Shown: one piece after another, positions 48,712-59,550 of the stretch | Numbering within the stretch: the first letter of the stretch is position 1 | Layout of the letters: each line of letters begins with the position of its first letter | Source: Gemmatimonadales bacterium | Lineage (GTDB): Bacteria; Gemmatimonadota; Gemmatimonadetes; Gemmatimonadales; GWC2-71-9 | Direction of reading: 5' to 3' | Length of the DNA stretch: 64,000 nt | Assembly: GCA_965249575.1 (NCBI GenBank) | Contig: OZ252244.1 | Coordinates: 1,760,001 to 1,824,000 of the forward strand | Position numbers and translations under genes: made by a program | The notes under the pieces: model-generated | Database searches by the model: none | Told to the model about the DNA's origin: nothing | What the model saw: the letters and a program-made list of their open reading frames with translations, nothing else

Positions 48712-50556
48712 GTGGCGTTACCGCTACCCCCCCTCATTCCGCGCGAGGTGCTGTTCGGAAATCCCGAAAGGGCCAGCCCGCTCATTTCTCCCGACGGTTC
48801 CAGGATGGCATACCTCGCCCCGGTCGATGGCGTGCTCAACGTGTGGGTCGGCTCGACGGGCGGCGACGATTACCAGCCGATCACTGACGATCGGGACCGT
48901 GGGATCCGCGTGTTTTTCTGGGGCCACGACCGGCGGCACCTCCTGTACCTGCAGGACACGGCGGGCGACGAGAACTGGAGCCTGTACGCGGTAGGCCTGG
49001 AAACAGAACAGGCGCGCGCCTTGACGCCGTTCGAGGGGGTGCAGGTCCACATCATCGACCACAACAAACACTTCCCGAACGACATGCTGATCGGGATGAA
49101 TCGTGAGGACCCCAAGCTTCACGACGTGTACGACCTGAACTTCACGAGCGGCGAACCGCGTCTCGCGGCCAAGAACCCAGGCAACGTCGTCGGCTGGGTA
49201 TCGGATGCACAGCTCAAGGTGCGTGGAGCGCTCGCCGCGCGCGCCGACGGTGGCATGGACCTGCTCGTCAGAAACGACGAAAGCGAAGGCTGGAGACAGC
49301 TCGTGGGTTGGGGCCCTGAAGACGCGCTCAACAGCAGGCCGCTAGCGTTTTCGCAAGACGGCAAGCGCCTCTACGTCGAAGATTCCAGAGACGCTAACGC
49401 CGGCCGCCTGGTCGAAATCAGTCTTGCGACCGGCGCGACGACGGTGATCGCCGAAGATCCAACCTACGACATCGACAGCGTGATCACCCATCCCGACACG
49501 AGAGTGGTCCAAATGGTCTCGTTCACGCGCGCGCGCCGGGAGTGGATCGTGCTCGACGAGGGCATCGCACCCGACGTCGACGCGATCGGCCGGCTCGAGA
49601 GGGGCGATTTCGTGATGTACGACCGCACCGACGCCGACGACCGGTGGCTGGTGGGCTTCGAATCCGATACCGGCCCGATGTCGTTTCATGCCTTCGACCG
49701 GGAGACACAGACCGGCTTATTCCTTTTCCACACTCGGCCAGCTCTCACGAAGTACGTGCTCAGCCCCATGGAGCCGATCTCGTTCCGCTCGCGGGACGGC
49801 CTCACCGTGCACGGATATCTGACGTACCCGCCGGGTCCGGACCGCAAGAACCTCCCACTCGTGCTGAACGTGCACGGCGGTCCGTGGCACCGAGACACAT
49901 GGGGCTACGACCCCGAGGCGCAGTGGCTCGCCGACAGGGGATACGGGTGCCTGCAGGTCAACTTCCGGGGATCGACCGGCTACGGCAAAGGGTTCCTCAA
50001 CGCCGGCGACCGGGAGTGGGGCGGGAAGATGCACCACGACCTGGTCGATGCCGTAGAGTGGGCGGTTGAACAGGGCATCGCCGATTCGCGGCGGCTCGCG
50101 ATCTACGGCGGCTCCTACGGCGGATTCGCGGCCCTGTGCGGAGCGACCATGACTCCGGATCTATTCCGCTGCGCCGTGTCCATCGTAGGGCCCAGCAATC
50201 TCATCACGTTCATCAACACGATTCCGCCCTATTGGTCGTCCTATCTGGCGTCGATTTACAAGCGGGTCGGACATCCCGAGGTCGACGCGGAGTTGCTCGA
50301 GTCGCGCTCGCCACTCACACATGTCGACCGGATCCAGATTCCGATGTTGATCGCGCAGGGAGCGAACGACCCGCGGGTCAAGCAATCCGAATCAGAGCAG
50401 ATCGTGGCGGCGATGAAGGAGAAGGGGATCGATCATGAGTACATGCTCTTTCCGGACGAGGGGCATGGATTCGCGAAACCCGAGAACCGCCTCAGGTTTT
50501 ACGCGGCGGCCGAGAAGTTCCTGGCCAAGCACTTGGGGGGAAGGATGGAAGCGTAG
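48712..50556 (+). CDS. S9 family peptidase
   Basis: VHGGP, NFRGSTGYG, GGSYGG, QG.NDPRV, DEGHG. Confidence 0.95.
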   Translation: MALPLPPLIPREVLFGNPERASPLISPDGSRMAYLAPVDGVLNVWVGSTGGDDYQPITDDRDRGIRVFFWGHDRRHLLYLQDTAGDENWSLYAVGLETEQARALTPFEGVQVHIIDHNKHFPNDMLIGMNREDPKLHDVYDLNFTSGEPRLAAKNPGNVVGWVSDAQLKVRGALAARADGGMDLLVRNDESEGWRQLVGWGPEDALNSRPLAFSQDGKRLYVEDSRDANAGRLVEISLATGATTVIAEDPTYDIDSVITHPDTRVVQMVSFTRARREWIVLDEGIAPDVDAIGRLERGDFVMYDRTDADDRWLVGFESDTGPMSFHAFDRETQTGLFLFHTRPALTKYVLSPMEPISFRSRDGLTVHGYLTYPPGPDRKNLPLVLNVHGGPWHRDTWGYDPEAQWLADRGYGCLQVNFRGSTGYGKGFLNAGDREWGGKMHHDLVDAVEWAVEQGIADSRRLAIYGGSYGGFAALCGATMTPDLFRCAVSIVGPSNLITFINTIPPYWSSYLASIYKRVGHPEVDAELLESRSPLTHVDRIQIPMLIAQGANDPRVKQSESEQIVAAMKEKGIDHEYMLFPDEGHGFAKPENRLRFYAAAEKFLAKHLGGRMEA

Positions 50557-50559
50557 CGC

Positions 50560-50976
50560 TCAGGCACTCTTCTTCTTCATGTGCTTCACTGACTGGGAGA
50601 TCAGCTGGCGCAGCGTTTTGAGATCGACGTCCTCTAGCGTCTTGATGTAAAGGCACGATTTACCGGTCGTGAACCTACCCAGCTTTTTGAGCAGTGCTTC
50701 GTAGCGTGAGAACCCAGACGTGATGTAGAGCGTCAGGCTTTGCTTGCGGGGAGAGAACCCCGTGAGGAACCAGTCACCCTCTCGTCCACTGTCGTACTTG
50801 TAATGCGCGTCCCCAAAACCGACGATGCTCGGACCCCACATCTTCGGTTTCTCCTTCGTAATCTCCTTCATCAGGTCGACGACGACGCGGCTGTCCATCC
50901 GTTTCCCCTCATCGCCGATTCCGTCGAGAAATTTCTTCACGCTCGCATTCGTCTTACGCGTCTTCAGCTCGGCCAT
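50560..50976 (-). CDS. DUF1801 protein
   Basis: MWGPSIVGFG..HY.Y.SGREGDW, GFSPRK, GKSCLYIK. Confidence 0.92.
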   Translation of the reverse strand: MAELKTRKTNASVKKFLDGIGDEGKRMDSRVVVDLMKEITKEKPKMWGPSIVGFGDAHYKYDSGREGDWFLTGFSPRKQSLTLYITSGFSRYEALLKKLGRFTTGKSCLYIKTLEDVDLKTLRQLISQSVKHMKKKSA

Positions 50977-50994
50977 CTATTGACTCCTCTAACA

Positions 50995-52115
50995 TCAGCT
51001 CGCGTTTCCGCCTACCATTCGCACGCTGTAGACCGGGGGCAGGTGCTCCGAGACGCACTGCCAAGTATTGCCCTGGTCGTTGGAAGTCCAGAGCGAGCCC
51101 GTCGTCGTCCCAAACGCGAGCGCGTCTCCCGTGTCGTCCACCGCGAGCGCGTGGCGATATGTCAGATCGTAGGCGTGGTGCTGTGGCAGCCCCTTCTCGA
51201 GCAGTTCGAACGACCGTCCCCCATCGCGGGTTCGCGTGACGACGACTCGCCCGCCGACCGGTGCTCAGCGCTCAGCCCCGGCACGAACCACGCCGTGTTC
51301 GGATCGTGCGGGTGCACGGCCACCGTGAATCCGAAGGTCGACGGCGTTACGTCGTGAATCTCGCTCCACGACACGGCGCCGTCCGTCGAGCGGAACACTC
51401 CGTCGTGGTGCTGAACCCAGCAGTGGTCCGGTCGACCCGCGCACTGTACCAGCCGATGCGGGTCCTGAATGTACGGCTCGTACTCGCGGTCGGGCGGCAT
51501 GTAACTGGCACGCATGCCTTTGGAGCAGGTCCATGAATCGCCAGTATTCTCGCTGACCCAAACCCCGCCACACGACACTCCGACCGCGACACGGGCGGCG
51601 TTACGAGGATCCACGCAAATCGAGTGGATGCCCGGCGCATCGAAGCCGCCTCCAAACCACTTCTTTCGCCCCGGTTGGTCCCACAGCGACTGCACCAACG
51701 TCCAGGAATCCCCAGCATCGTTCGATCGGAACAGGGCGCCGGGAATCGTCCCGCACCAAAGCTCGCGTCCGTCCGGCGCCCCGCCGAGCTCCAGTGACCA
51801 GAGCAGACCGACGGTTCCCGGCACCGGCTTCCCCATACCGTCCAGCTCAGGCTCGGCGTCGGGTGGACGCTCGGGCAGCGCCGGAGCGTTGCATTCCTCC
51901 CATGTGTCGCCGCCGTCGGTAGACCGGTGGAGCTTCACACCCCAGTGACCGTGGTCCAGCGTCGCGAACATGCGGCCGTTCCTGGGATCGGCCAGGACCT
52001 GCGATACGTTGTCACCGATGAACGCCGTCCGCCCGATTCCCCAGCTCGGCTTGCCTCTCTTCCGATCCAGCTGAAAGAGTCCCTTCCGGGTCGCCACGTA
52101 CATCCGCTCGCTCAT
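50995..52115 (-). CDS. BNR/Asp-box beta-propeller (sialidase-like), frameshifted near 51260 and 51060
   Basis: Repeated S.D.G.TW boxes; YDL.YRHAL and HLPPVYSVR tails in other frames. Confidence 0.8.
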
Positions 52116-52128
52116 GGGAGCATCCCTG

Positions 52129-52398
52129 TTATCCGCCGGAGAGTGCTTGCATGACGTAGACTTCCGCGTCTTTCGGCACCGGATCGCTCAAAGTTGCACG
52201 ATCCCCGATCGCGTTGCCGTTCACGAAGACGACCATATGCTTGCGCAGCACGCCCTGATCGTCCAACACGTAGGCGCGGGCCCGCGGGTTCCCCGCGAAC
52301 ACGGCTTCTAGGACCTCCCGCACCGTCGCGCCCGGCGCATCGGTCGGGGGGCACTGCACGTGTCGTTGAATGTTTTGAGTGAAAGCGACCATTGGCAC
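52129..52398 (-). CDS. MoaD/ThiS ubiquitin-like protein
   Basis: Ends QALSGG; YVLDDQG.LRKH; precedes BNR gene. Confidence 0.9.
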   Translation of the reverse strand: MPMVAFTQNIQRHVQCPPTDAPGATVREVLEAVFAGNPRARAYVLDDQGVLRKHMVVFVNGNAIGDRATLSDPVPKDAEVYVMQALSGG

Positions 52399-52464
52399 GG
52401 GGTCTTACCTCCAGCGTCGAATGGATATAGCGGGTCGCCATCCAACCCGCCAGTTCGTCGCGGG

Positions 52465-53082
52465 ATGCGCGGTGCTCCCGGCCGGTCGTCGATTCACCCC
52501 TACCGGCTCCACCCCCACGCCCTACAGTTTTCCGATCTCGTGGACCAGTTGATTCATTTTGTCTACCGCCGGCCAGGCCGGGGGGATCCAATCGTTTACG
52601 ACCAGCGGTTGGTGGCCGACCGACCGGATGTGAAGGTGCTCTTGCAGGAGAGCTATGGCGGCCGCGACCTCACCGTAGGGGGTGCGCACATTCTTCCTCG
52701 CGGTGCGCCGGTCATTTGGTACGTCTTCCCCGGGCAATGGCACGACGTCGGCGCGTTTCATCTCCACGACGGTACACTCACGGGGTGGTACGCCAATATC
52801 TGCACGCCGGTGGAGATCGACGGGAACAACTGGTCGAGCACCGACCTTTTCCTCGACCTCTGGATGCCGGTCGGGAGCCACCCAGTCTGGCTCGATGAGG
52901 ACGAGTTTCAGTCGGCGGTAGACGCCGGCACAATCTCGGACGAAATGACCGCGCGAGCACTCGAAGAGCGCACGCGCCTCGAGGCCGAGGTGAGGGCGGG
53001 GGGGTGGCCGCCGGAGGTGGTGCGAGAGGTGGACCTGAAGACAGTAAGGGGGGCCACCCCGCGCCACCCACCCCCAGAGTAA
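52465..53082 (+). CDS. DUF402 family protein (start uncertain)
   Basis: G.Y.NI.TP, TDLFLDLW, LDEDE motifs. Confidence 0.8.
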   Translation: MRGAPGRSSIHPYRLHPHALQFSDLVDQLIHFVYRRPGRGDPIVYDQRLVADRPDVKVLLQESYGGRDLTVGGAHILPRGAPVIWYVFPGQWHDVGAFHLHDGTLTGWYANICTPVEIDGNNWSSTDLFLDLWMPVGSHPVWLDEDEFQSAVDAGTISDEMTARALEERTRLEAEVRAGGWPPEVVREVDLKTVRGATPRHPPPE

Positions 53083-53190
53083 GGAGTGAGGAGTTCACGC
53101 TCCCCACCTCGTCCGCGGCTCCTCGCTTTTTTGCTCTCCCCCGCGTCACTCTGATGCCATACCGATTCCGTCTCTTGCGCAGTGTGCCCT

Positions 53191-56100
53191 ATGCTCGCGG
53201 ACATATTGCCCACCATTCGACGCGCGCGCGACACATCGTCCCTCTTCACGGAGTTGGGATACCAGGCTGATTCCCTCGAGTTAGACGAGGGCGTGCTCCT
53301 CGTGGCACGCTGGAAGGGATTTCGAGTGCTCGCGGTCGATTCGAAGTCCGCTCCCGATGGGGCGAGGTGGCTCGCGAACCGCATGGGTTTGCTCGCTGAT
53401 CGCGGCCTCGCGGTTTCGGTAGGGCCTTCAGAAGCGATGGCGCTCGCGGCGCCGAGGCTCAGGTCGCGCGGCAGTACCCGGGCGCTCAACGTCGCGCTCG
53501 GCAACCCGACGCCGCTGTCCATCCGACTGCTCGAACGCCTGAGGGCGGGCCGCAAGGGCAACGCGTTGTCTCACGCGTTGCGCGTGGCGGAACTGCTGAG
53601 CAGCGAAGCAGTGAGCAACCGGTTCTTCACCGCCTTCCGGCTCGCGCTCGAACGAATGGCGGGCTCCGTCGCGCCTGGCCCGGGACGAGACGACGCCAAT
53701 CGAAAGCTGGTCGTCTTGCTCGCCCTGAGTCGTGTGCTGTTTCTGTACTTCGTGCAGGAAAAGGGATGGCTCGACGGACGGCGAGACTATCTCCGTTCGC
53801 TGTTGGACGACGCGCTCGCTCGGCGAAGGCACTTTCACCGCACGGTGCTCCACCCGCTGTTCTTCGGAACGCTGAACCGCGCGGCTGACACGCGCTCCAC
53901 CGGTCGGCGCCTAGGTCTCATCCCCTATCTCAATGGCGGGCTGTTCGAGCCTCACCCGGTCGAGCGGCGCTTCGGGCCGATCGTTTTTTCGAACGAGCTG
54001 TGGCGCGACGCCTTCGATGGTGTGTTCGAGCGGTTCCACTTCTGCGTGCGCGAAGCCGATCAGGTCGACGCGATCGCTCCGGACATGTTGGGCCGGGTCT
54101 TCGAGCGGGTGATGGAAGCACCGGAGCGGCGCGACACCGGTACCTACTACACACCCGAATCCCTCGTCGGGCAGATCGTAGACGCCGCCATAGAGACCGC
54201 GCTCGTTGGCAGGCACCGGCTGAGCCCAACGCTCGCCAAGAGCGTCGCCGGCGCAAAGTCGCGGGACCGGACCGCGGGTGCACGCGCCCACCGAGCGCTG
54301 CGCGACCTGCGCCTGCTCGATCCGGCCGTGGGATCTGGCGCCTTCCTCCTGGGTGCACTCGAGTCGCTCACTCGCATGCGGCTCGCCCTGAGTCCGCGAC
54401 CTGGGGGTGCAGCAGCCCGCTGGCAAATCCGCAGGGAAATCTTGCGGGAGAATTTGGTCGGGGTCGACCTGAGCCCCCATCGCCGTTCGCCTGGCGGAGC
54501 TCCGCCTGTGGCTCGCCGTCGTGGCCGACGACCCAACCACCGACATCAGAAGGGTTTCACCGCTCCCCAATCTCGACGGCGTCGTGCGGCAGGGGGACTC
54601 GCTCCTCGATCCGATCGGTGCCGCGCGCGCGTTTCATTTGGTCGGTAGCGACATCCCCTCCCGATCGGCGACAGCGGCACGGGCCCAGCGTCGAGCGATG
54701 TTGGACGCTTCGGGCACCTCGCAGCGGCGGCCGGCGGCCGCGCTGCGCGAGGTCGAGTTGGCGATCGCAAAGGAGATCCTCCACGCCGCGAACGCGAGCG
54801 CCAACGCGCAAATCAAAGACCTCACCGAGGCCGCTCGCAGCGCCGACCTGTTCGGACGCCGGTCCGGGCTCAGCCGGGAGCAGCGCGCCACGATCAACAA
54901 GCTCAGGCGCCGCCAGCTCGCTATCGACCGGGCTCACGAAGCGCTGGCGAGGGGCACGGTCCCGTTCTTTTCATTCGAGGTACACGCGCCTGACGTCATC
55001 GCCCGCGGAGGGTTCTCTGCAGTGTTCGGTAATCCTCCGTGGGTCAGAGCCGAGCGGCTGGAGCCCGGTCGTCGCAGAGCCCTCTCGGAGCGATTCTCGA
55101 CGTGGCGCGTCGCCCCCTCACAGCGCCTCCGTCCACGTCTTTCTGGCTACGCGCATCAACCCGACCTGTCTGTCGCGTTTCTCGAGCGGGCGCTCGAGCT
55201 CGCTGCACCGGGTGGGGCGATCGGCCTCCTGCTTCCGAGCAAGTTCCTGTCCGGGAACTATGGTGAGGCGGCCCGACGCACACTGGTCGCCGAGACCCGC
55301 ATTGAATGCGTCCACTGCCTGCCGCCCCGAGAGGCCGCGCGCTTCGGCGCCACCACCTATCCGGTGGCCGTGGTCGTAAAGCGCGACCCGCCACCAGCGC
55401 AACACCGGGTGAGCGTGGGGTTCGGCCAAAAGCCGACGGTCTCACAAAAGGATCTGAATCGGCCTGGACCCTGGGTCATGGTTCCAGACCGCACTAGAAG
55501 AGCCCTGGACGAGTTTCTCTCTGCCGGTAGTCCACTGTCGCGCTGGGCTCCGCCGGCGCTCGGCGTCAAGACCGGAGCCGATGCGATCTTCGTTGGGACG
55601 GTGGTCGCGCAGAATTCGGCGACCTCCGTCGTTCGGTTCGGTTCCGGCGAAGTACGTGTCGAATCCCAGCTGCTCCGCCCGGCGCTCCGCGGCCGCGACG
55701 TCCGGAGTTTCAGCGTCACCCCCGCGAAGTGTCTCGTCTGGACCCACGACGACGACGGGCGCGTCCGGCAGTCGCTACCCCGGCTGGTCGCCGCCTATCT
55801 GCGGGGTCACGCAGGCAACCTCCGCCGCAGGAGCGATCACCGCAGCGGTCCGCTGTGGAGTTTGTTTCGGACGGGCGCGGCGACGGCCCGCTCACGTGTC
55901 GTGCGGCCCGACATCGCGAAGTCGCCGCGGGCGGTGGCGCTCGACGAGACCAACGTGCCGCGGGCGATACCTCTCAACACGTGCTACGTGGCGGCGGTTC
56001 CAGACCGCGAAACGGCGCTGGTGATGGCGGCTGTGCTCAACTCCACGTGGAGCTACGCGGTCGCCGTCGTAATGGCCGACGAAGCGCGCGGCGGATACCG

Positions 56101-56307
56101 TCGCCTCAACGCGCGAGTCGCAGGCAGTATTCCTTTGCCCGGACCGGGCCGGGCCCAGCGCGATCCGCGCTCGTGGGCCTGAGCACGGACCTCCATCACA
56201 ACCCCCATGCAGACCGTTCAAGCCTGGACGAAGCGGTGGCGCACGCCTTCGGCCTTTCCGCCTCCGTCAGGGACCGACTCAGAGCCCTGGCCGCGCATCA
56301 CCGCTGA
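53191..56307 (+). CDS. Large N6-adenine DNA methyltransferase (Eco57I-like), frameshifts at 54474-54478 and about 56150
   Basis: IPYLNGGLFE, LG.VFE, GTYYTP, LLDPAVGSGAFL, AVRLAELRLWL, GNPPW, PLNTCYV, ARGGYRR. Confidence 0.88.
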
Positions 56308-56472
56308 CCAGCTCGTCCTCGTTCGGGAGCCCGTGCGGTGGTCCGTCGGTCTCCCGCCGCGCGGCGACCACGGTGAAGCGATGCGCGCGGTGCGCCGGGC
56401 GGCTCTCGGCCCGATGCACGGGTGCCTCGACGCGCCCGCATGGCTGCTCCCCCATCAAGCCGAAGCGCTCGT
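56288..56472 (+). pseudogene. N-terminal stub of a probable SF2 helicase
   Basis: ..DAPAWLLPHQAEALVR resembles a Q-motif, then the frame degenerates with no Walker A. Confidence 0.45.
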
Positions 56473-56707
56473 ACGAAGGACGCACGGCAGCCAAGGGCAT
56501 CCATATCTCCGCCACTCGCTTGGCAAAGACCGTCCGCATGCTCGGCAACCTGACCGAAGCACCGGTCGTTGACTACACGCCGAGGGTCAGGATGCTCGAC
56601 CTCGAGGGCGCGAAGGCGCGCGAAGAGTAGGTAGGTCCCCAAACCTGTACCCGGGCCCACGCCGGCCCCCCCTTCGGTACTGGGTCAAGATTGACCCACT
56701 AGCCTCC

Positions 56708-56768
56708 TTGATTCTGCAGATTTGCGGGTTATATTCTGGACAAATGACCGAATATATCCCGAAGATAG
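56708..56768 (+). promoter_or_regulatory. Promoter with two copies of candidate SOS operator
   Basis: TTGATT-16-TATATT; gcgggttatattctgg 56724-56739; ccgaatatatcccgaagatag 56748-56768. Confidence 0.65.
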
Positions 56769-56902
56769 AGCCTCTTCGGGTCAGGGATGAGCCTCAGCCT
56801 CTCGTACAGGGCGGGCCCTGCTGTCCCGACTGTGGTGGTCCGATGGTTCCGGCCTCGGGTTGCCAGTCCTGTCCGTCCTGTGGCTGGGCTCGGTGCGGCT
56901 GA
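56744..56902 (+). CDS. Small zinc-ribbon protein
   Basis: CPDCGG..SGC..CPSCGW..C, like the C-terminal ribbon of class II ribonucleotide reductases; TGATG coupling to next gene. Confidence 0.7.
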   Translation: MTEYIPKIEPLRVRDEPQPLVQGGPCCPDCGGPMVPASGCQSCPSCGWARCG

Positions 56903-58089
56903 TGGGACGTCGACCTGGCAGTCGATCGGGGGAGCAGGGTGAGCTGGGCATCGCGTCGCGGCTGAGGGACGGAGGGGGAGGGGGAGGGGGAGCTCCACGG
57001 TATCGGCCATTGCTCGGATCGCGGCTTCGTGGCACGAAGTTCATCGAGCATCGCGTAAAGACGATAGCCAACTCGCCGTCCTCTACGGGCATGGAGTTCT
57101 GGTCGCTCAACCCGTACGTGGGTTGCGAGTTCGGCTGCACGTATTGCTACGCCCGGTTTGCGCATCGCTACGTCGTCGAGCGTGCGAGCAGCCAGGGCAC
57201 GCTGGCTCCGGCGGAGCTTCGCGAGATGGAATCCGCCATCTGGGAGGCATTCGAGCGGCGTATCTTCGTAAAGCGTCGCGACACGGTTCTCGACGCACTC
57301 GACAGAGACCTCGAGCGACTCCTCGGACGGGGCGCCTCGCCCAAGCACGAGACGCTCCTCATCGGGACTGCCACCGATCCGTATCAACCCGCCGAACGCG
57401 AGTTCCGCATCACCCGCGCCGTGCTCGAGCGGCTCGCAGAAGAGCGGGGACTGTCGATCGGCATCATCACCAAGAGCCCGATGGTGTGCCGGGACGTCGA
57501 TCTCTTCGGGAAGCTCCAACAGCGCCACCGTCTGGCGATTCACATCTCACTCATCACGATCGATCCGGATCTCATCCGCTTTTTCGAGGCCCGCTCGCCC
57601 ATGCCGCACGTTCGGCTTCGCGCGCTCAGCCGGCTGACGGCGGCCAACGTAAACGCCGGACTCATCGTGGCCCCGATTCTCCCTGGCATTAGCGACTCGG
57701 TTACCCAGTTCACAGAGCTCATCCAAGCAGCCAAGGCCGCGGGTGCGCTGTTCGCCCATCCCAGCCCGCTCCGGCTGTACGCCGGAATCCGCAAGGAGTT
57801 CATCGCGCACCTCAAGCGTGAGTTCCCGCAACTCGTCCGGAGGTATCGCCTGGCCTACCGCGGATTCGGGACCGCTCCAGCGAAATACGCCGACGCGGTG
57901 CGGCTGCGCTTCAAACGAGTCGCGGCGCGATTCGACATCCCAGTACATTATGAGACCAGTGATGCGCTCGATGCGTGGTCCGACGAGACGGAAGCGCATC
58001 AGCTCTCGCTCTGGGAGCCCCGACCGCCAAAAGAGCAACACCCGCCCCCTGATCCCCGACCGCAACCCGACCGCCCAGGAGCGAGATGA
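56902..58089 (+). CDS. Radical SAM protein, SplB-like/Rv2578c family
   Basis: SLNPYVGCEFGCTYCYAR, IGTATDPYQP.E, TKS, APILPGI.D. Confidence 0.92.
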   Translation: MGRRPGSRSGEQGELGIASRLRDGGGGGGGAPRYRPLLGSRLRGTKFIEHRVKTIANSPSSTGMEFWSLNPYVGCEFGCTYCYARFAHRYVVERASSQGTLAPAELREMESAIWEAFERRIFVKRRDTVLDALDRDLERLLGRGASPKHETLLIGTATDPYQPAEREFRITRAVLERLAEERGLSIGIITKSPMVCRDVDLFGKLQQRHRLAIHISLITIDPDLIRFFEARSPMPHVRLRALSRLTAANVNAGLIVAPILPGISDSVTQFTELIQAAKAAGALFAHPSPLRLYAGIRKEFIAHLKREFPQLVRRYRLAYRGFGTAPAKYADAVRLRFKRVAARFDIPVHYETSDALDAWSDETEAHQLSLWEPRPPKEQHPPPDPRPQPDRPGAR

Positions 58090-58167
58090 TGCCGGCAATC
58101 GTCGCACCTCTGCTGGCGGGATCCCTGGCATGCGGTGTTGTTCTCCCCTGCCGCCCGGAGTAATCCC

Positions 58168-58572
58168 TTGCAGACCATTAGCATCAAAAGGCTCACACCC
58201 CTCTTGTTCGTCAACGAAATCGAGCCGTGCCTCGAGTTCTGGGTCGAGCGGCTGGGCTTCGCGAAGACCGTCGAGGTGCCGGAGGGCGACAAGCTGGGCT
58301 TCGTAATCCTCGTGAAGGATGGGACAGAGGTCATGTATCAGAGCCGGGCGAGCGTGGCGAATGACATCCCAGCCCTGGCAGAGGGGCGTGTCGGGCGGGC
58401 GAACTTGTACGTCGAGGTCGACGATGTGGACGCCGCCGAGAACGCCCTTGCGGGATTCGAGGTCGCCGTTCCAAAAAGGCAGACGTTCTACGGCGCCACC
58501 GAGATTTTCATACGGGACCCGGGCGGCAACGTCATCGGCTTCGCAGAGATGGCGGAGTCGGCAGAACAGTAG
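58168..58572 (+). CDS. VOC/glyoxalase family protein
   Basis: LTP.L.V, FW..RLGF, LYVEVDD, FYG..E..RDPGGN. Confidence 0.9.
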   Translation: MQTISIKRLTPLLFVNEIEPCLEFWVERLGFAKTVEVPEGDKLGFVILVKDGTEVMYQSRASVANDIPALAEGRVGRANLYVEVDDVDAAENALAGFEVAVPKRQTFYGATEIFIRDPGGNVIGFAEMAESAEQ

Positions 58573-58590
58573 ACCGGGGCAGCGCGCGAG

Positions 58591-59550
58591 TCAGAGTGGC
58601 AGGCGTCCCTGGGCATCCTCCGCCCCTTCAGCATCCCGTTTTCCCTCTGCGGGCTCTGACTTCGACGGCGGCGTCGCGGCGCCGGACGCGATGCCGAGGG
58701 GCGCGAGCACCCCTCGAAAGGCCGCGGCGAGATCCGGTGGGACTTTCACGTGCTCGTCTCCATGGAGTTTCCTGAGCATCGCGGCATTCGTCGGCGCCTG
58801 CCCTCCGTAGTGATTGTTGGCCACGACGTAGGTATCGCGCGCCCGATCCGCAACCTCGTGGATGCGATCCAGCCAGCCGCGAAGCTCGTCCTCAGAGTAG
58901 AGATAGTCATAGCGCTCGTGCGACTGCGCGTCGTCACGAAACCAGTTCTCGTAGTTGCGGCCATGTAGCCGCACGTACCCGATCGGCGCGGTGACCAGCG
59001 CGTCGGGTTTAATGGAGTTCCGGAACATGGGCTGGTCGATGTTCACCACACCAACCCCGCGCCCGGACAGCAACGAGTAGAACACCGGATGATTCCAGGA
59101 GGAGTGTCGCACCTCCACCGCAATCGGGAAGTCGGCAAAGGCTCGCAGGACGTCGTCCAACCATTCCTCGGATTGGGACGACCGCTTGAAGGACCAGGGG
59201 AACTGGACCAGCACGCATCCCAGGCGTCCGGCCTCGGCGAGCGGTGCGAACCCGGTGGTTACTTCGTTCACGTCGTCCGTGGTCCAGGCTCGATCCCGGT
59301 CGTGGGTAAAACGCTGCCAAAGCTTGGCGCTGAACATGAACTTTGAGTTGGCCGAGACTCGACGCTCCCAGGCGGCCGCCGATTTGGGCGCGGGCGGGCG
59401 GTAAAAAGTCGAGTTGATCTCGATGGTGTCGAAGTATCCGGCGAGATACGCAAGGGAATCGAAGCCCCGAGGCCGAGACGCGGGATAGACCGGCCCCCAC
59501 CAGTCCTTGTAGTCCCATCCTGCAACTCCAAACCTAATAATATCAGGTAC
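58591..59550 (-). CDS. DUF72 family protein (no canonical start in frame)
   Basis: Open frame VPDIIRFGVAGWDYKDW..VYP..IEINSTFY..QFPWSF..VRLHGRN..RYDYLYS..NNHY.GQA. Confidence 0.85.
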   Translation of the reverse strand, partial: VPDIIRFGVAGWDYKDWWGPVYPASRPRGFDSLAYLAGYFDTIEINSTFYRPPAPKSAAAWERRVSANSKFMFSAKLWQRFTHDRDRAWTTDDVNEVTTGFAPLAEAGRLGCVLVQFPWSFKRSSQSEEWLDDVLRAFADFPIAVEVRHSSWNHPVFYSLLSGRGVGVVNIDQPMFRNSIKPDALVTAPIGYVRLHGRNYENWFRDDAQSHERYDYLYSEDELRGWLDRIHEVADRARDTYVVANNHYGGQAPTNAAMLRKLHGDEHVKVPPDLAAAFRGVLAPLGIASGAATPPSKSEPAEGKRDAEGAEDAQGRLPL

